A DNA stretch of 64,000 nt from a virus, in the IMG/VR virus record IMGVR_UViG_3300048815_000026, positions 5,311 to 69,310 of that record; one strand, written 5' to 3'. The notes under the pieces are model-generated. The model searched no databases. It was not told the origin of the DNA and saw nothing but the letters and a program-made list of their open reading frames with translations. Positions 1-8,288 of the stretch are shown here, piece after piece. The position numbers and the translations under genes were made by a program. Numbering within the stretch: position 1 is the stretch's first letter; each line of letters opens with the position of its first letter.

Positions 1-321
1 TGGCGCCCGCCTCTTGACCATCAAGCGACCCGCCCGCGCCCGGTCCCACACCGGCTTGAAGCGATCCAGCTCGGAACGAAACCACGCCGGATTCACCCCC
101 GGCGCCAAGCTCAACGCCCAGTCCAGCCGCTCCTGGGCCTCGGCCGTCAGCGGGTAAAGAAAATCCTGCGCGCTGGCATGCTCGTACGGATCCAGCGCCA
201 TGTAATCCTCAATCGCCGAACACAGCACCGCCGCGCCCAAGCTACGCTTCTCTGGCGTTGCCTGCGGTCCCATGCTCCGGTCTATGTCGATGGTCGAGCG
301 GTGATGTTGCAGGTCGAACAT
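1..321 (-). CDS. hypothetical phage protein, possible transcription regulator (runs off window edge)
   Basis: Open frame from ATG 321 (MFDLQHHRST...LGAAVLCSAIEDY...SAQDFL) to position 1; read by hand, absent from ORF track. Confidence 0.6.
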   Translation of the reverse strand, partial: MFDLQHHRSTIDIDRSMGPQATPEKRSLGAAVLCSAIEDYMALDPYEHASAQDFLYPLTAEAQERLDWALSLAPGVNPAWFRSELDRFKPVWDRARAGRLMVKRRAP

Positions 322-388
322 GGCGATTTCTCTAGAGACAGCCTGCCCCACTGGCTTTACTATGCTTCGAGGAAGGGAGGAAAAACCA

Positions 389-589
389 ATGACTAAGAAC
401 GACGACAACCCCAATCAAAACGACCTGTTCCAGCAGGCCTACGACGAAAACGTGCGCCAACTCAACGACGCCATCACTGCGCTTGCGAATGCGCCTCACT
501 CACTTGGCGTGCAGGACGCACAACAGAAACTGCGCGACCTGAAAGTGACCATGCAAAAGCAGCATGACCGCATACTCCAGGCTGCTTAA
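389..589 (+). CDS. small hypothetical protein
   Basis: GGAGG at 376-380 before ATG 389; helical 66 aa; followed by hairpin. Confidence 0.65.
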   Translation: MTKNDDNPNQNDLFQQAYDENVRQLNDAITALANAPHSLGVQDAQQKLRDLKVTMQKQHDRILQAA

Positions 590-625
590 ACCCACTTCTC
601 TGCTGCCCGCTGTGTGAGAGCAAAT

Positions 626-672
626 CGGGCCGGTCTTGATCCGGGGGGATAAGAGACCGGCCCGCTTTGTTT
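626..672 (+). terminator. intrinsic terminator, possibly bidirectional
   Basis: CGGGCCGGTCT...AGACCGGCCCG stem followed by CTTTGTTT between convergent genes. Confidence 0.6.
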
Positions 673-793
673 ACCTATTGCAACCGCCCGTCGTCATAAA
701 AAAACTTGTATTGAAACCCTTTGCGCCGGCGTGTTTCATGACCCCTTACCGGCGTTGCAGGATCTCCCTGCAAACCATGCACCAGCGCAAACC

Positions 794-1111
794 CTACTGC
801 AGCCCATGAATCATCTGCATCCCGGCGTGGATGACCTCGCCAAACCGATTCCGCCGGTAAACCTTGGCCCAGCTCATGTGATCCGCCCACGCCGCAATCT
901 TCGAATGCCGGCCCACCCACCACAGTTCGCCGCGGGCCACCATCCCCTGCACCCGGGCCGCTGTGAAATGCGCATGCCGGCTATCCCGGCAGCGATGGCT
1001 GATACCCACGTTAGCCAGCTTCTGCGCTTCATCCTGGCTCACAATGCACACCCACCGCGGCGCCGTTTTGGCCGGCGGCCTAACCACCTGAACCTGGCTC
1101 GTGGAACACAC
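794..1111 (-). CDS. hypothetical protein
   Basis: 105 aa ORF co-directional with replication genes. Confidence 0.5.
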   Translation of the reverse strand: MCSTSQVQVVRPPAKTAPRWVCIVSQDEAQKLANVGISHRCRDSRHAHFTAARVQGMVARGELWWVGRHSKIAAWADHMSWAKVYRRNRFGEVIHAGMQMIHGLQ

Positions 1112-1390
1112 GGGGACAGCTCCGCCGACAGGATTACTGCCAAGAATCGGTACTTAGGCCCCGTTTGGCATACGCGAGGTTTACTAACTCGACGCATCGT
1201 CAGCTAGGTTGTCGGACCGCGAAAGGCTGTGTGCAGTAAGTAATAAGCGCCTTGCGGTCGCAATTACCACACAATCCCGCTCGAGTGTACCCAGCTGGTA
1301 AACAAGAGTATCCCCAAATTGTGTAGCTTTTTCCATTTTTGGCGTGGACTTGCGCCACGGCAAGCGCCTTATTGCGCCACGGGCGCTTTT

Positions 1391-1717
1391 CTAGCCTTTG
1401 GCCGGCTCCAGCCATAGGGTCACGGCCCCGATCGACTCGTCCGTTCCCGCATCGAGCAGCGCATCGCGCATCGCCAACTCGGCCGGGCCGCCAGGGTCGA
1501 CCCGATGACACACCTCCGCCGCATCGGTGTATGTACGCAACACCGCAGCATGAACCCAGTCGTCGACGATGCGCGCTGCCATGTAGCGCAGAAAGCGCTC
1601 ATCGCCAGGCCCGCTCAGCGTAAGCGCGCGATAGCCAGGCCGCTCGCGAACATCCCCGCCCACCGGCCCACGATGCTGCCGGCTCCTCACTGCCGTCTTG
1701 TGCTCCCGCTGCCTCAT
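1391..1717 (-). CDS. hypothetical protein
   Basis: ATGA overlap with upstream stop at 1714-1717. Confidence 0.6.
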   Translation of the reverse strand: MRQREHKTAVRSRQHRGPVGGDVRERPGYRALTLSGPGDERFLRYMAARIVDDWVHAAVLRTYTDAAEVCHRVDPGGPAELAMRDALLDAGTDESIGAVTLWLEPAKG

Positions 1718-2211
1718 GACACCCCCGCCGCTCTCTTGGCCTCCCGATAGCGCTGCAGGCACACGCACGCCTTCATCGCCCGCTCGCCATTCAGGTGCAT
1801 CACCATGATCAACCCCTGGTTACCATGATCCGCGCATTCCGCGCATCCCACCTTGGGCAGATTCGCCCGCGCCTCCGCCTGCTTCTTTGCCTTCACCGCC
1901 TTAAGCTCCTTTTCCACCTCGGAAGGGTGGGGAAAAAACTTTTGTTTGCGCAAAAAGGCCAGCAGGACGTCCCGCAGTGGCTCCAGGCCGTATTCCATCG
2001 CCATGTCCGAATAGGCCAGCTGATACATGTCCCCCGTCTCCTCCGCTGTCTCCTGGTGGGGGAACGCCGCCGCCATCTGCATCAGCAGCAGCGCCGTTTG
2101 CCTCGCTGATTCGCGCCAACGCTCGCTCTCCTGCTGCACGGAAAGCTGCCTGGCTTCGCCGGACTCTGCCGACGGCGCCGCCCTCGCTGCGATTTGCCCC
2201 ACCCGGTCCAT
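1714..2211 (-). CDS. replication accessory protein (helicase loader/inhibitor-like) with C-terminal Zn finger
   Basis: Follows initiator; KFFPHPSEV motif; CAEC...CVC. Confidence 0.55.
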   Translation of the reverse strand: MDRVGQIAARAAPSAESGEARQLSVQQESERWRESARQTALLLMQMAAAFPHQETAEETGDMYQLAYSDMAMEYGLEPLRDVLLAFLRKQKFFPHPSEVEKELKAVKAKKQAEARANLPKVGCAECADHGNQGLIMVMHLNGERAMKACVCLQRYREAKRAAGVS

Positions 2212-2977
2212 TCCGTCCTCCCTTGTCCTGCTCCTTGCTCAGCCACTGGTTAAGAAACCGCGGCATGCCTTTGAACGTCTTCCGCCGCGTCGGATTGTCG
2301 ATCAGCCACTGCCGCGCCTTGCGCAGCTCGGCCATCACATCCACCCCCGGGTACGCCACTGTCCACTCGTCCACCTTGGCCTGGGTGAACCGCCAGCTCT
2401 TCTGGGCGCCCACACACGGGAGTGTGCCGAGAGGCGGAGCGGCGGCGCAGTGCTCGTCAGAGCTCTGCGCAATAGGTCTCCCTCTAACTACTCTCTCGGT
2501 TGTAACTACAGCCTCTTGTGTAACTGCTCTATATGCTTCTGCTTCTGCCTCTGCCTCTGATATGGGGTTATTTTGTGTGACTTCGTGTGACAAAGCGTTA
2601 CGTTTTGCGTTACGCACCCGCTCCCGGTGACGCGCCTGGCGGACGGCATTTCGTGCCCGCTGCGCCTCTTCGTCCTCCGTTTCCCGGTACTTGGTGTAAT
2701 TCAGCAACCGCCACCCGCCGTCCATCCTGGCGATCCGCCGGCCCTCGTTGTCTTCCGTGCGGCTGTACCGGTCTGGCGATTCCAACACCAGCAACGCCGC
2801 CTCGGTCTCCTCGATCGTCTTGCGCGCCTGATGCGCCAACCCGGGCACAGAAGCATGCACCCGGCCGTACGGATCCGCCAGGGCGAGCATCGTGATCCAC
2901 ACCAGACGCACCGAGTCCGGCTCGCTCCAAATAGTTGAGTTCAAGATGGTTGAGAACAGCTTCGTGTACCCAGGCAT
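1901..2977 (-). CDS. phage replication initiator / replisome organizer
   Basis: YTKLFSTILNSTIW...WRLLNYTKYR N-terminal domain, EAEAEA linker, YPGVDV...RKT...RFLNQWL C-terminal domain. Confidence 0.8.
   Translation of the reverse strand: MPGYTKLFSTILNSTIWSEPDSVRLVWITMLALADPYGRVHASVPGLAHQARKTIEETEAALLVLESPDRYSRTEDNEGRRIARMDGGWRLLNYTKYRETEDEEAQRARNAVRQARHRERVRNAKRNALSHEVTQNNPISEAEAEAEAYRAVTQEAVVTTERVVRGRPIAQSSDEHCAAAPPLGTLPCVGAQKSWRFTQAKVDEWTVAYPGVDVMAELRKARQWLIDNPTRRKTFKGMPRFLNQWLSKEQDKGGRNGPGGANRSEGGAVGRVRRSQAAFRAAGERALARISEANGAAADADGGGVPPPGDSGGDGGHVSAGLFGHGDGIRPGATAGRPAGLFAQTKVFSPPFRGGKGA
2470..2615. other. candidate replication origin inside initiator gene
   Basis: AT-richer patch with short repeats (GCGTTACG x2, TGTGAC x2, GTAACT x2), as in lambdoid initiator genes. 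Confidence 0.4.
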
Positions 2978-2980
2978 GGT

Positions 2981-3241
2981 TCAGACCGCCTTGTCTTTGA
3001 CCAAGTGCATCCCTTGGCGCTCGGCCACCAGCTTGTCCAGCCGCATTCGATACCGGCGGATGCCACGGCCGGCGAGGGAATCCAGACTATCCCTCTGCTC
3101 GCACAATAGCGACCAGACCAGGGCTTCCAGCTCGCTATGCCACAGTGGTTCACCCACCCCCAACAGGCGGACGATCAACTCGATCGCGCGCTCCTCGGAC
3201 TGCAGTGTTGGCTCCTCCACTCTCAATGCTTGTCCCTCCAT
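2981..3241 (-). CDS. hypothetical protein
   Basis: 86 aa ORF ending 3 nt before initiator start. Confidence 0.6.
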   Translation of the reverse strand: MEGQALRVEEPTLQSEERAIELIVRLLGVGEPLWHSELEALVWSLLCEQRDSLDSLAGRGIRRYRMRLDKLVAERQGMHLVKDKAV

Positions 3242-3411
3242 GAGTCAGCAAAGGGCAGAATAAATCCTGAAACTGACCTACCCAATTACTAACTTGGTTT
3301 GTGGAAGACCGGCACGGAACCAAAAACGCTGTAACTGGGTCACCAATGGACAACTTAGCGGCACTTACGACCCACGGCTGGGATGAAAAATAATTAATTT
3401 CCCACAGGCCG

Positions 3412-3439
3412 TTTACACGTTGTAGCAGCGTGCTATTAT
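3412..3439 (+). promoter_or_regulatory. sigma70-like early promoter
   Basis: TTTACA-16nt-TATTAT with extended TG and AT-rich UP-like element at 3386-3400. Confidence 0.6.
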
Positions 3440-3466
3440 TGAGCTGTAAGAGAAAGGAAAACGGAA

Positions 3467-3622
3467 ATGGAAAAGATCGAAGCCCTCCAAGCCGCCATCA
3501 TCGAGATCAACGAAGCCCAGAAGCAGGTAGCCAAGTTCCCGGCCATCTGGCAGAAACTGAAGCAGGTCGAAGACTATCTACAGGGCCAACTGAAACAAGC
3601 CGTCGACGCCATCGCCGCCTAA
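3467..3622 (+). CDS. small helical protein (51 aa, below ORF-track cutoff)
   Basis: AAGGA RBS; MEKIEALQAAIIEINEAQKQVAKFPAIWQKLKQVEDYLQGQLKQAVDAIAA. Confidence 0.7.
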   Translation: MEKIEALQAAIIEINEAQKQVAKFPAIWQKLKQVEDYLQGQLKQAVDAIAA

Positions 3623-3680
3623 GTCAACCCCGCCACCAACCTTCAAAAAAGCCACCCACCAAAGTGGCAGGAGAAAACCT

Positions 3681-3881
3681 GTGCCCAAAGCCAAGAAAAA
3701 GCTCTCCCTGAAAAAAGTGATGGCCGCCATCGAAGATGGTGGCTATCCCGGCTTCTGTATCGCCTGCGGCGCCCAGTCCGACGACAACTGCGAACCGGAC
3801 GCCCAGAACTACCCCTGCAGCAGTTGCGGCAAAAACAAAGTGTTCGGCGCCGAAGAAATCCTCTTCATGATGGTGCCCTGA
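3681..3881 (+). CDS. zinc-ribbon protein
   Basis: CIAC...CEPDA..YPCSSC; AGGAG RBS. Confidence 0.75.
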   Translation: MPKAKKKLSLKKVMAAIEDGGYPGFCIACGAQSDDNCEPDAQNYPCSSCGKNKVFGAEEILFMMVP

Positions 3882-3882
3882 G

Positions 3883-4143
3883 ATGAAAGCCCCGAAATGG
3901 AACGCCGCGGCAAGGAAACGGGTTCAAGACGCGATCGATCGGAACCACGGCGCCCGGCTAAAGTGCCTCCCCGGAATGGAATCTTCTGACAACGAACGGG
4001 AGGCAGCGGCCGCCATCGCCCAGGCCGCAGCACTCAGCGCCGAACTGCTCGAACCACTGAAAAGCATCAGCAAAAAATCCGGCGAAATGGAACGGGAAGC
4101 GCCCCTGTTCTTCGGCGTCGGCGACCACCCCTCACTCTTCTAA
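3883..4143 (+). CDS. hypothetical protein
   Basis: Tightly coupled 86 aa ORF. Confidence 0.6.
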   Translation: MKAPKWNAAARKRVQDAIDRNHGARLKCLPGMESSDNEREAAAAIAQAAALSAELLEPLKSISKKSGEMEREAPLFFGVGDHPSLF

Positions 4144-4157
4144 CAGGAGCAACGAAC

Positions 4158-4373
4158 ATGCATAGCTGGTACTCCCAACGCGCCGATGCGATCCGCGCCG
4201 CCTCCCACGCCGGATTGCTTCCGGTCATCGCGGTGAACCGGAGCGATGTCCGCGACAAACTGTTCGCGGTCATCGATCCCTCCCACTTCGCCTATGGCAG
4301 CTTCGAGAGCGGCTGGATCTACGGTTCCTACCACCTCATCGCCATCCGGCCCAGCAACTTCCACCGCGCCTGA
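4158..4373 (+). CDS. hypothetical protein
   Basis: AGGAG RBS, 71 aa. Confidence 0.65.
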   Translation: MHSWYSQRADAIRAASHAGLLPVIAVNRSDVRDKLFAVIDPSHFAYGSFESGWIYGSYHLIAIRPSNFHRA

Positions 4374-4413
4374 AAGGGAGAAAACAGATGACACCAAAAG
4401 AGGAAGACAAAAC

Positions 4414-4650
4414 ATGAGACCACGATTCCACTGCCCCCACTGCAAACAGCCCATCGCTCCCCGGCTGATCAAATCCGCGGCCGCCAGGATCAACCGCTCC
4501 CGCCAGGCGCCGCCGGTCCCCAAAGTGCTCACCCCATGCCCCCACTGCGGCCAGGAGAAGGGCGCCCGCGAGCTGCGCCTGCACAAACCGCGCTGCAAGA
4601 AAAACCCCCTGGTGATCGCGCGCAAAGCCGCCGCCGCAGATGAGAAATAA
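4414..4650 (+). CDS. double zinc-finger basic protein
   Basis: CPHC x2, H-x3-C; GAGG RBS. Confidence 0.65.
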   Translation: MRPRFHCPHCKQPIAPRLIKSAAARINRSRQAPPVPKVLTPCPHCGQEKGARELRLHKPRCKKNPLVIARKAAAADEK

Positions 4651-4718
4651 TTAATCTGCTCAGCCCTCCATCCCCGCCGATAAACCCCCTACAATGGCCA
4701 TCGGCAAGCCAGAGCAAC

Positions 4719-4904
4719 ATACCCCGAATCACGGAAGAAACTGTCAAGGCGATCTTTGGCTGGGTGTCGGAAAAAATGATCGCCGAATACTCCCACACGC
4801 GCATCGCGGCCAAGGTGGAAGCGCTCAAAGCGATTGAAAAGATAGGGCCTAAGCGGGCAGGTATCGAGAAAGACAAGAAGCTGATCATTTTTCCACAAAA
4901 ATAA
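4719..4904 (+). pseudogene. C-terminal remnant of tyrosine recombinase/integrase
   Basis: ITEETVKAIFGWVSEKMIAEYSHTRIAAKVEAL resembles integrase box II (G-H/W...Y); no upstream domain or standard start codon. Confidence 0.55.
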
Positions 4905-4908
4905 TTCC

Positions 4909-4937
4909 GTGCACGCCGTACCAACCTGCGTTAATCT
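4909..4937 (+). promoter_or_regulatory. candidate leaderless promoter of Cro-like gene
   Basis: GTGCAC-17nt-TAATCT, ATG 6 nt downstream, no RBS. Confidence 0.4.
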
Positions 4938-4943
4938 CTAGCT

Positions 4944-5156
4944 ATGGCCAGCAAAACTTACACCCAGCAACAAGTGCTCCGGATGGTCAAAGAACTCCAG
5001 GGCGCGCGCAACATAGCAGCGATGGCGCGGGAGTTTGGCGTGACCGACGCTTACATGGGCCGGTTGCTCCGAGGCATGGAACGGCCCGGCCCCAAAATTC
5101 TCGGCAAGCTCGGCCTGGTGGCCGAAAAGGTCTTCATCTACCGCAAAGTAGCTTAA
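4944..5156 (+). CDS. Cro/XRE-like HTH regulator
   Basis: NIAAMAREFGVTDAYMGRLLRGMERPGPKILGKLGL. Confidence 0.8.
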   Translation: MASKTYTQQQVLRMVKELQGARNIAAMAREFGVTDAYMGRLLRGMERPGPKILGKLGLVAEKVFIYRKVA

Positions 5157-5183
5157 CCCGTTCGGAAATCCTGCAGAGGTACC

Positions 5184-5654
5184 ATGGACATCAGGCCTTA
5201 CAAGCAGTCGCTCCAGCCCGCCGAATCGGATGCCCCATCCGGTGGTAGTTTCCCGGCACCTGAACCCGAGCCATCGGGCTTTCCGGCTTTGGAGCGCCCT
5301 GCAAACGGGCGGTTAGCTCAGCGGTTAGTCCCCCTGCTCGCCAGCCGCTACATCGGCCATGACCCCAGCTGCCATTGCGACGGCTGCGACGGCATGCGCG
5401 CCTTCCAAATCCTCGAAGACATGCACCGCGCTTTTGGCCTGAAAACCGTGGCCGAGGTGGTCGCCGAGTGCCGCACTATCACCGACGAACAGCGCTCGCT
5501 CGCATGGTCCCCAGAGCCGCCGTACACGTCCCTGGGCGCCGGCGACTGCCGCATAGGCGGAAACTCCAGCCTCGACTTCAACGCCGAAACCCCGCGCGCC
5601 AAGTGGATCCGCGCCCGCTTCCGCATGCGGCGCGAGCAAAGGCGGCCGCAATGA
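5184..5654 (+). CDS. hypothetical protein
   Basis: GAGG RBS; HxxxCxCxxC motif. Confidence 0.55.
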   Translation: MDIRPYKQSLQPAESDAPSGGSFPAPEPEPSGFPALERPANGRLAQRLVPLLASRYIGHDPSCHCDGCDGMRAFQILEDMHRAFGLKTVAEVVAECRTITDEQRSLAWSPEPPYTSLGAGDCRIGGNSSLDFNAETPRAKWIRARFRMRREQRRPQ

Positions 5655-5845
5655 CTCGCGCCGATGCCCACGCCAAAGCGGTCGAACGCTGGGGCACAGA
5701 AGTCTATACCAGCGTCGTCCGCGGCCGCAAAGACGGCCGCTGGACCGCACCGCGATACCAAATCCACACCGTGACTGCGACGTATCGCGGCGACTCCTGG
5801 GAAGCCTGCTTCGCCGCGGCCGGCGCTCAGGGGGTCAGGCTATGA
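5651..5845 (+). CDS. hypothetical protein
   Basis: ATGA overlaps at both ends. Confidence 0.6.
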   Translation: MTRADAHAKAVERWGTEVYTSVVRGRKDGRWTAPRYQIHTVTATYRGDSWEACFAAAGAQGVRL

Positions 5846-6105
5846 CCGCTCCCCCCGCTGTCGCCCCGTGGACTGACGAGGCCTTCCTGCGCAGCCAGTG
5901 GATCGTGCCTGACGCTGAGCCGGAGCGGGAACCGCTTGCGATCTACGACCGGGGGGCCGCGCTGGTGTTCGAGCCGCTGCCGCCTTTGACCTGGCGCGAT
6001 TGGCTGAAGCTCGCCGCCGGCGTGATGGCAGTGTTCCTGGTGATGGCGTCCGGCATCGCCGCGGTCCTCGCCCTCGGCGTCGCACTGGAAAGGATTTGCA
6101 GATGA
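5842..6105 (+). CDS. small membrane protein
   Basis: C-terminal hydrophobic segment. Confidence 0.6.
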   Translation: MTAPPAVAPWTDEAFLRSQWIVPDAEPEREPLAIYDRGAALVFEPLPPLTWRDWLKLAAGVMAVFLVMASGIAAVLALGVALERICR

Positions 6106-6109
6106 AAAG

Positions 6110-6230
6110 TTTCCCTGGCTACGAAGCACGCGAGGGCTTATGAGCTGGGGAAATGAAGAGCGGGCCCATGCCGTCGACATTGCAGACCGACTCATCCCGG
6201 TGATGCCGTCGAAAATGCGAGGCCCGCTCT
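6110..6230 (+). ncRNA. candidate structured RNA leader upstream of recT
   Basis: Stems 6110-6120/6143-6153 and 6157-6166/6221-6230. Confidence 0.4.
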
Positions 6231-6261
6231 CAAAAAGAATTTGTAACCGTGAAAGGAAACC

Positions 6262-7212
6262 ATGGCCACCACCGCACTAGAAGTCATGCCACCGCCGCAG
6301 CGCCATACCCTCGAGCCCAACACTCTGGCCGAGGCTAAGGAATTCGCCGAGCTCGCCTCGAAATCCGACCTGGTCCCCAAAGACTACAAGGGCAACGCCT
6401 TCAACGTGCTGATCGCCATCCAGTTTGGCAAAGAACTCGGCGTGCAGCCCATGCAGGCGCTGCAGGGGATCGCGGTCATCAACGGCCGCCCCTCGGTCTG
6501 GGGGGATCTCATGCTGGCCATCGTCATGGCCCACCCCGATTTCGAGGACATCGAAGAGGACGATCTGGCCGACATCAAGGCCAATAACAAGGCCGTTTGC
6601 ATCGTCCACCGCCGCGGCCGCAAGCCGGTCAAACGCACCTTCTCCATGGAAGACGCCAAGCTAGCCAAACTCTGGGACAAAGATGGCCCGTGGAAAAACT
6701 ACCCCTCGCGCATGATGCAAATGCGCGCCCGCGGCTTCGCCGTGCGTGACGCCTTCCCCGATGCCATGAGAGGCCTGGTGAGCGCCGAAGAGGCCGGCGA
6801 CTACGACGGGCCCACCATCGAAGGCCCCTACCACTCCATCGCCGAGCTGCCGCCCATCGACAACCCCATCACCCAGGATCAGGCGCGCGACTTTAGCAAA
6901 GCCTGGAAGGTCGCCGGCAAGACTCTCGACCAGGTGAAGGCCTACCTCAAAGAGCAGCTGGACACAGACTCCTCGCTCAAGATCAAGACCAGCCAGTACG
7001 AAAAAGCGCTGGCCTGGGCAAAAGGAACCGCCGCAGCGACAAATCAGCCGCGCGCGGACGAAAAGCCCCACCCGGACAAGGCCATCTGCTTCGAACTGTT
7101 CAAAATCCTCGGCTACGACGACGTGAAGCAGGCCAAGGCTATTCAGGAGCACGCGTCCAACTGGACCGCGCTGGCCGCGGCCCTCAACAAAGAATTGCCC
7201 GAGGAAAAGTAA
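6262..7212 (+). CDS. recT: RecT-family ssDNA annealing protein
   Basis: LVPKDY..NVLIAIQFGKELG..PMQALQGIAVINGRPSVWG..WKNYPSRMMQMRARGFAVRDAFPD. Confidence 0.9.
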   Translation: MATTALEVMPPPQRHTLEPNTLAEAKEFAELASKSDLVPKDYKGNAFNVLIAIQFGKELGVQPMQALQGIAVINGRPSVWGDLMLAIVMAHPDFEDIEEDDLADIKANNKAVCIVHRRGRKPVKRTFSMEDAKLAKLWDKDGPWKNYPSRMMQMRARGFAVRDAFPDAMRGLVSAEEAGDYDGPTIEGPYHSIAELPPIDNPITQDQARDFSKAWKVAGKTLDQVKAYLKEQLDTDSSLKIKTSQYEKALAWAKGTAAATNQPRADEKPHPDKAICFELFKILGYDDVKQAKAIQEHASNWTALAAALNKELPEEK

Positions 7213-7215
7213 AGG

Positions 7216-7369
7216 TCTCTGCCGCGAGCCGGTGCGCGTACCGGAGCTGAACTGCTAGTGGTGGCCCTGCGCGACGCAAGAGCACCTGTATTGGGTGTGA
7301 AGAAAGTAAGCAGGGACGGTCGGAACGTGCGGTGAGGGGCGCAAGCCACACCAATCCGGCCGGCAGAGA
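7216..7369 (+). ncRNA. candidate multi-stem structured RNA
   Basis: Closing stem TCTCTGCCG/CGGCAGAGA; nested CCCTGC/GCAGGG, GGTCGGA/TCCGGCC and GGC-GCAA-GCC. Confidence 0.55.
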
Positions 7370-7385
7370 AAGTTTGGAGGTAACC

Positions 7386-7595
7386 ATGGCTGACCTAAGT
7401 CAAATCGAACTCGATCACGCAATGGCCAGAGACATATTGAACGACAATGCCGAGGCGTGTGAAAAGCGCGGCAACATCTTCGGATACCGAAAACTCAAGA
7501 GCGCGGCCGGCCAGCTCTCCGGCGAACTATTCCGCACGGCGATGGATTACTGTGCCGACCCAGACCCAGAAGCGGAAGAGGATCTACCTTTCTAA
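7386..7595 (+). CDS. hypothetical protein with acidic DLPF tail
   Basis: GGAGG RBS; SSB-like C-terminal tip EEDLPF. Confidence 0.7.
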   Translation: MADLSQIELDHAMARDILNDNAEACEKRGNIFGYRKLKSAAGQLSGELFRTAMDYCADPDPEAEEDLPF

Positions 7596-8275
7596 TGGCT
7601 GACCTGGCATTCACTTTCGAGCAGGACCGGCACCTCTACCGCAATGCCGCCGGCCTGGTGCGGCCAGGGGTGACCTCATCCCTGACCGCACAAGGGGTCT
7701 TCGATTTCTCCATGGTGCCCCCCGACGTGCTCGAGCGCGCCCGGCTCCGCGGCAAGAACGTCCACCGCTGGTGCGCCGAGTACGACTGGTGCGGCTTCAT
7801 TGACGAGACCTGGATCGCCGTGGACGAAATGGGCTACTTCCAGGCCTGGCTAAACTTCCGGCGCGACATCAAGCCCATCATCCTGGCCGTCGAGCAACCC
7901 ATGCTGGGGCTGATCGGCGGCATCGAGGTGGGAGGAACCCCCGACGTCGTCGCCTGGATCGGCACCACGCGCTATGTCATCGACCGCAAGTGCTGCGCCT
8001 CCAGGCACCCCGGCTGGGCGCTGCAGACCGCGGACTACGAAATGCTTATAACCGGCCGAAAGCGCCTCGGCTACATGGGCCGCATGTCGGTGCAGCTGAT
8101 GCCCACCGGCAAGTACGCCATTACTCTCTACGGGGAAGATGAGAGCGACGCAGCCGCTGCCGCCGCCGCAGTGGTACTCACCGAATGGGATGGCCAAGCC
8201 AACGATTACAACGCCGACCACGCAAGAGAGACGCTGGCGGCATGGAAGCACAATCACCGCCTAAAAGCCGCATAA
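7595..8275 (+). CDS. PD-(D/E)XK exonuclease
   Basis: RGKNVH, E..GGTPD..VIDRK..ALQTADY motifs. Confidence 0.85.
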   Translation: MADLAFTFEQDRHLYRNAAGLVRPGVTSSLTAQGVFDFSMVPPDVLERARLRGKNVHRWCAEYDWCGFIDETWIAVDEMGYFQAWLNFRRDIKPIILAVEQPMLGLIGGIEVGGTPDVVAWIGTTRYVIDRKCCASRHPGWALQTADYEMLITGRKRLGYMGRMSVQLMPTGKYAITLYGEDESDAAAAAAAVVLTEWDGQANDYNADHARETLAAWKHNHRLKAA

Positions 8276-8288
8276 AGGAGAACCAAGG

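Noticed and set aside
7595-8275. Cas4 call
   Set aside because: No Fe-S cysteine cluster or CRISPR context; fits a recombination exonuclease next to RecT
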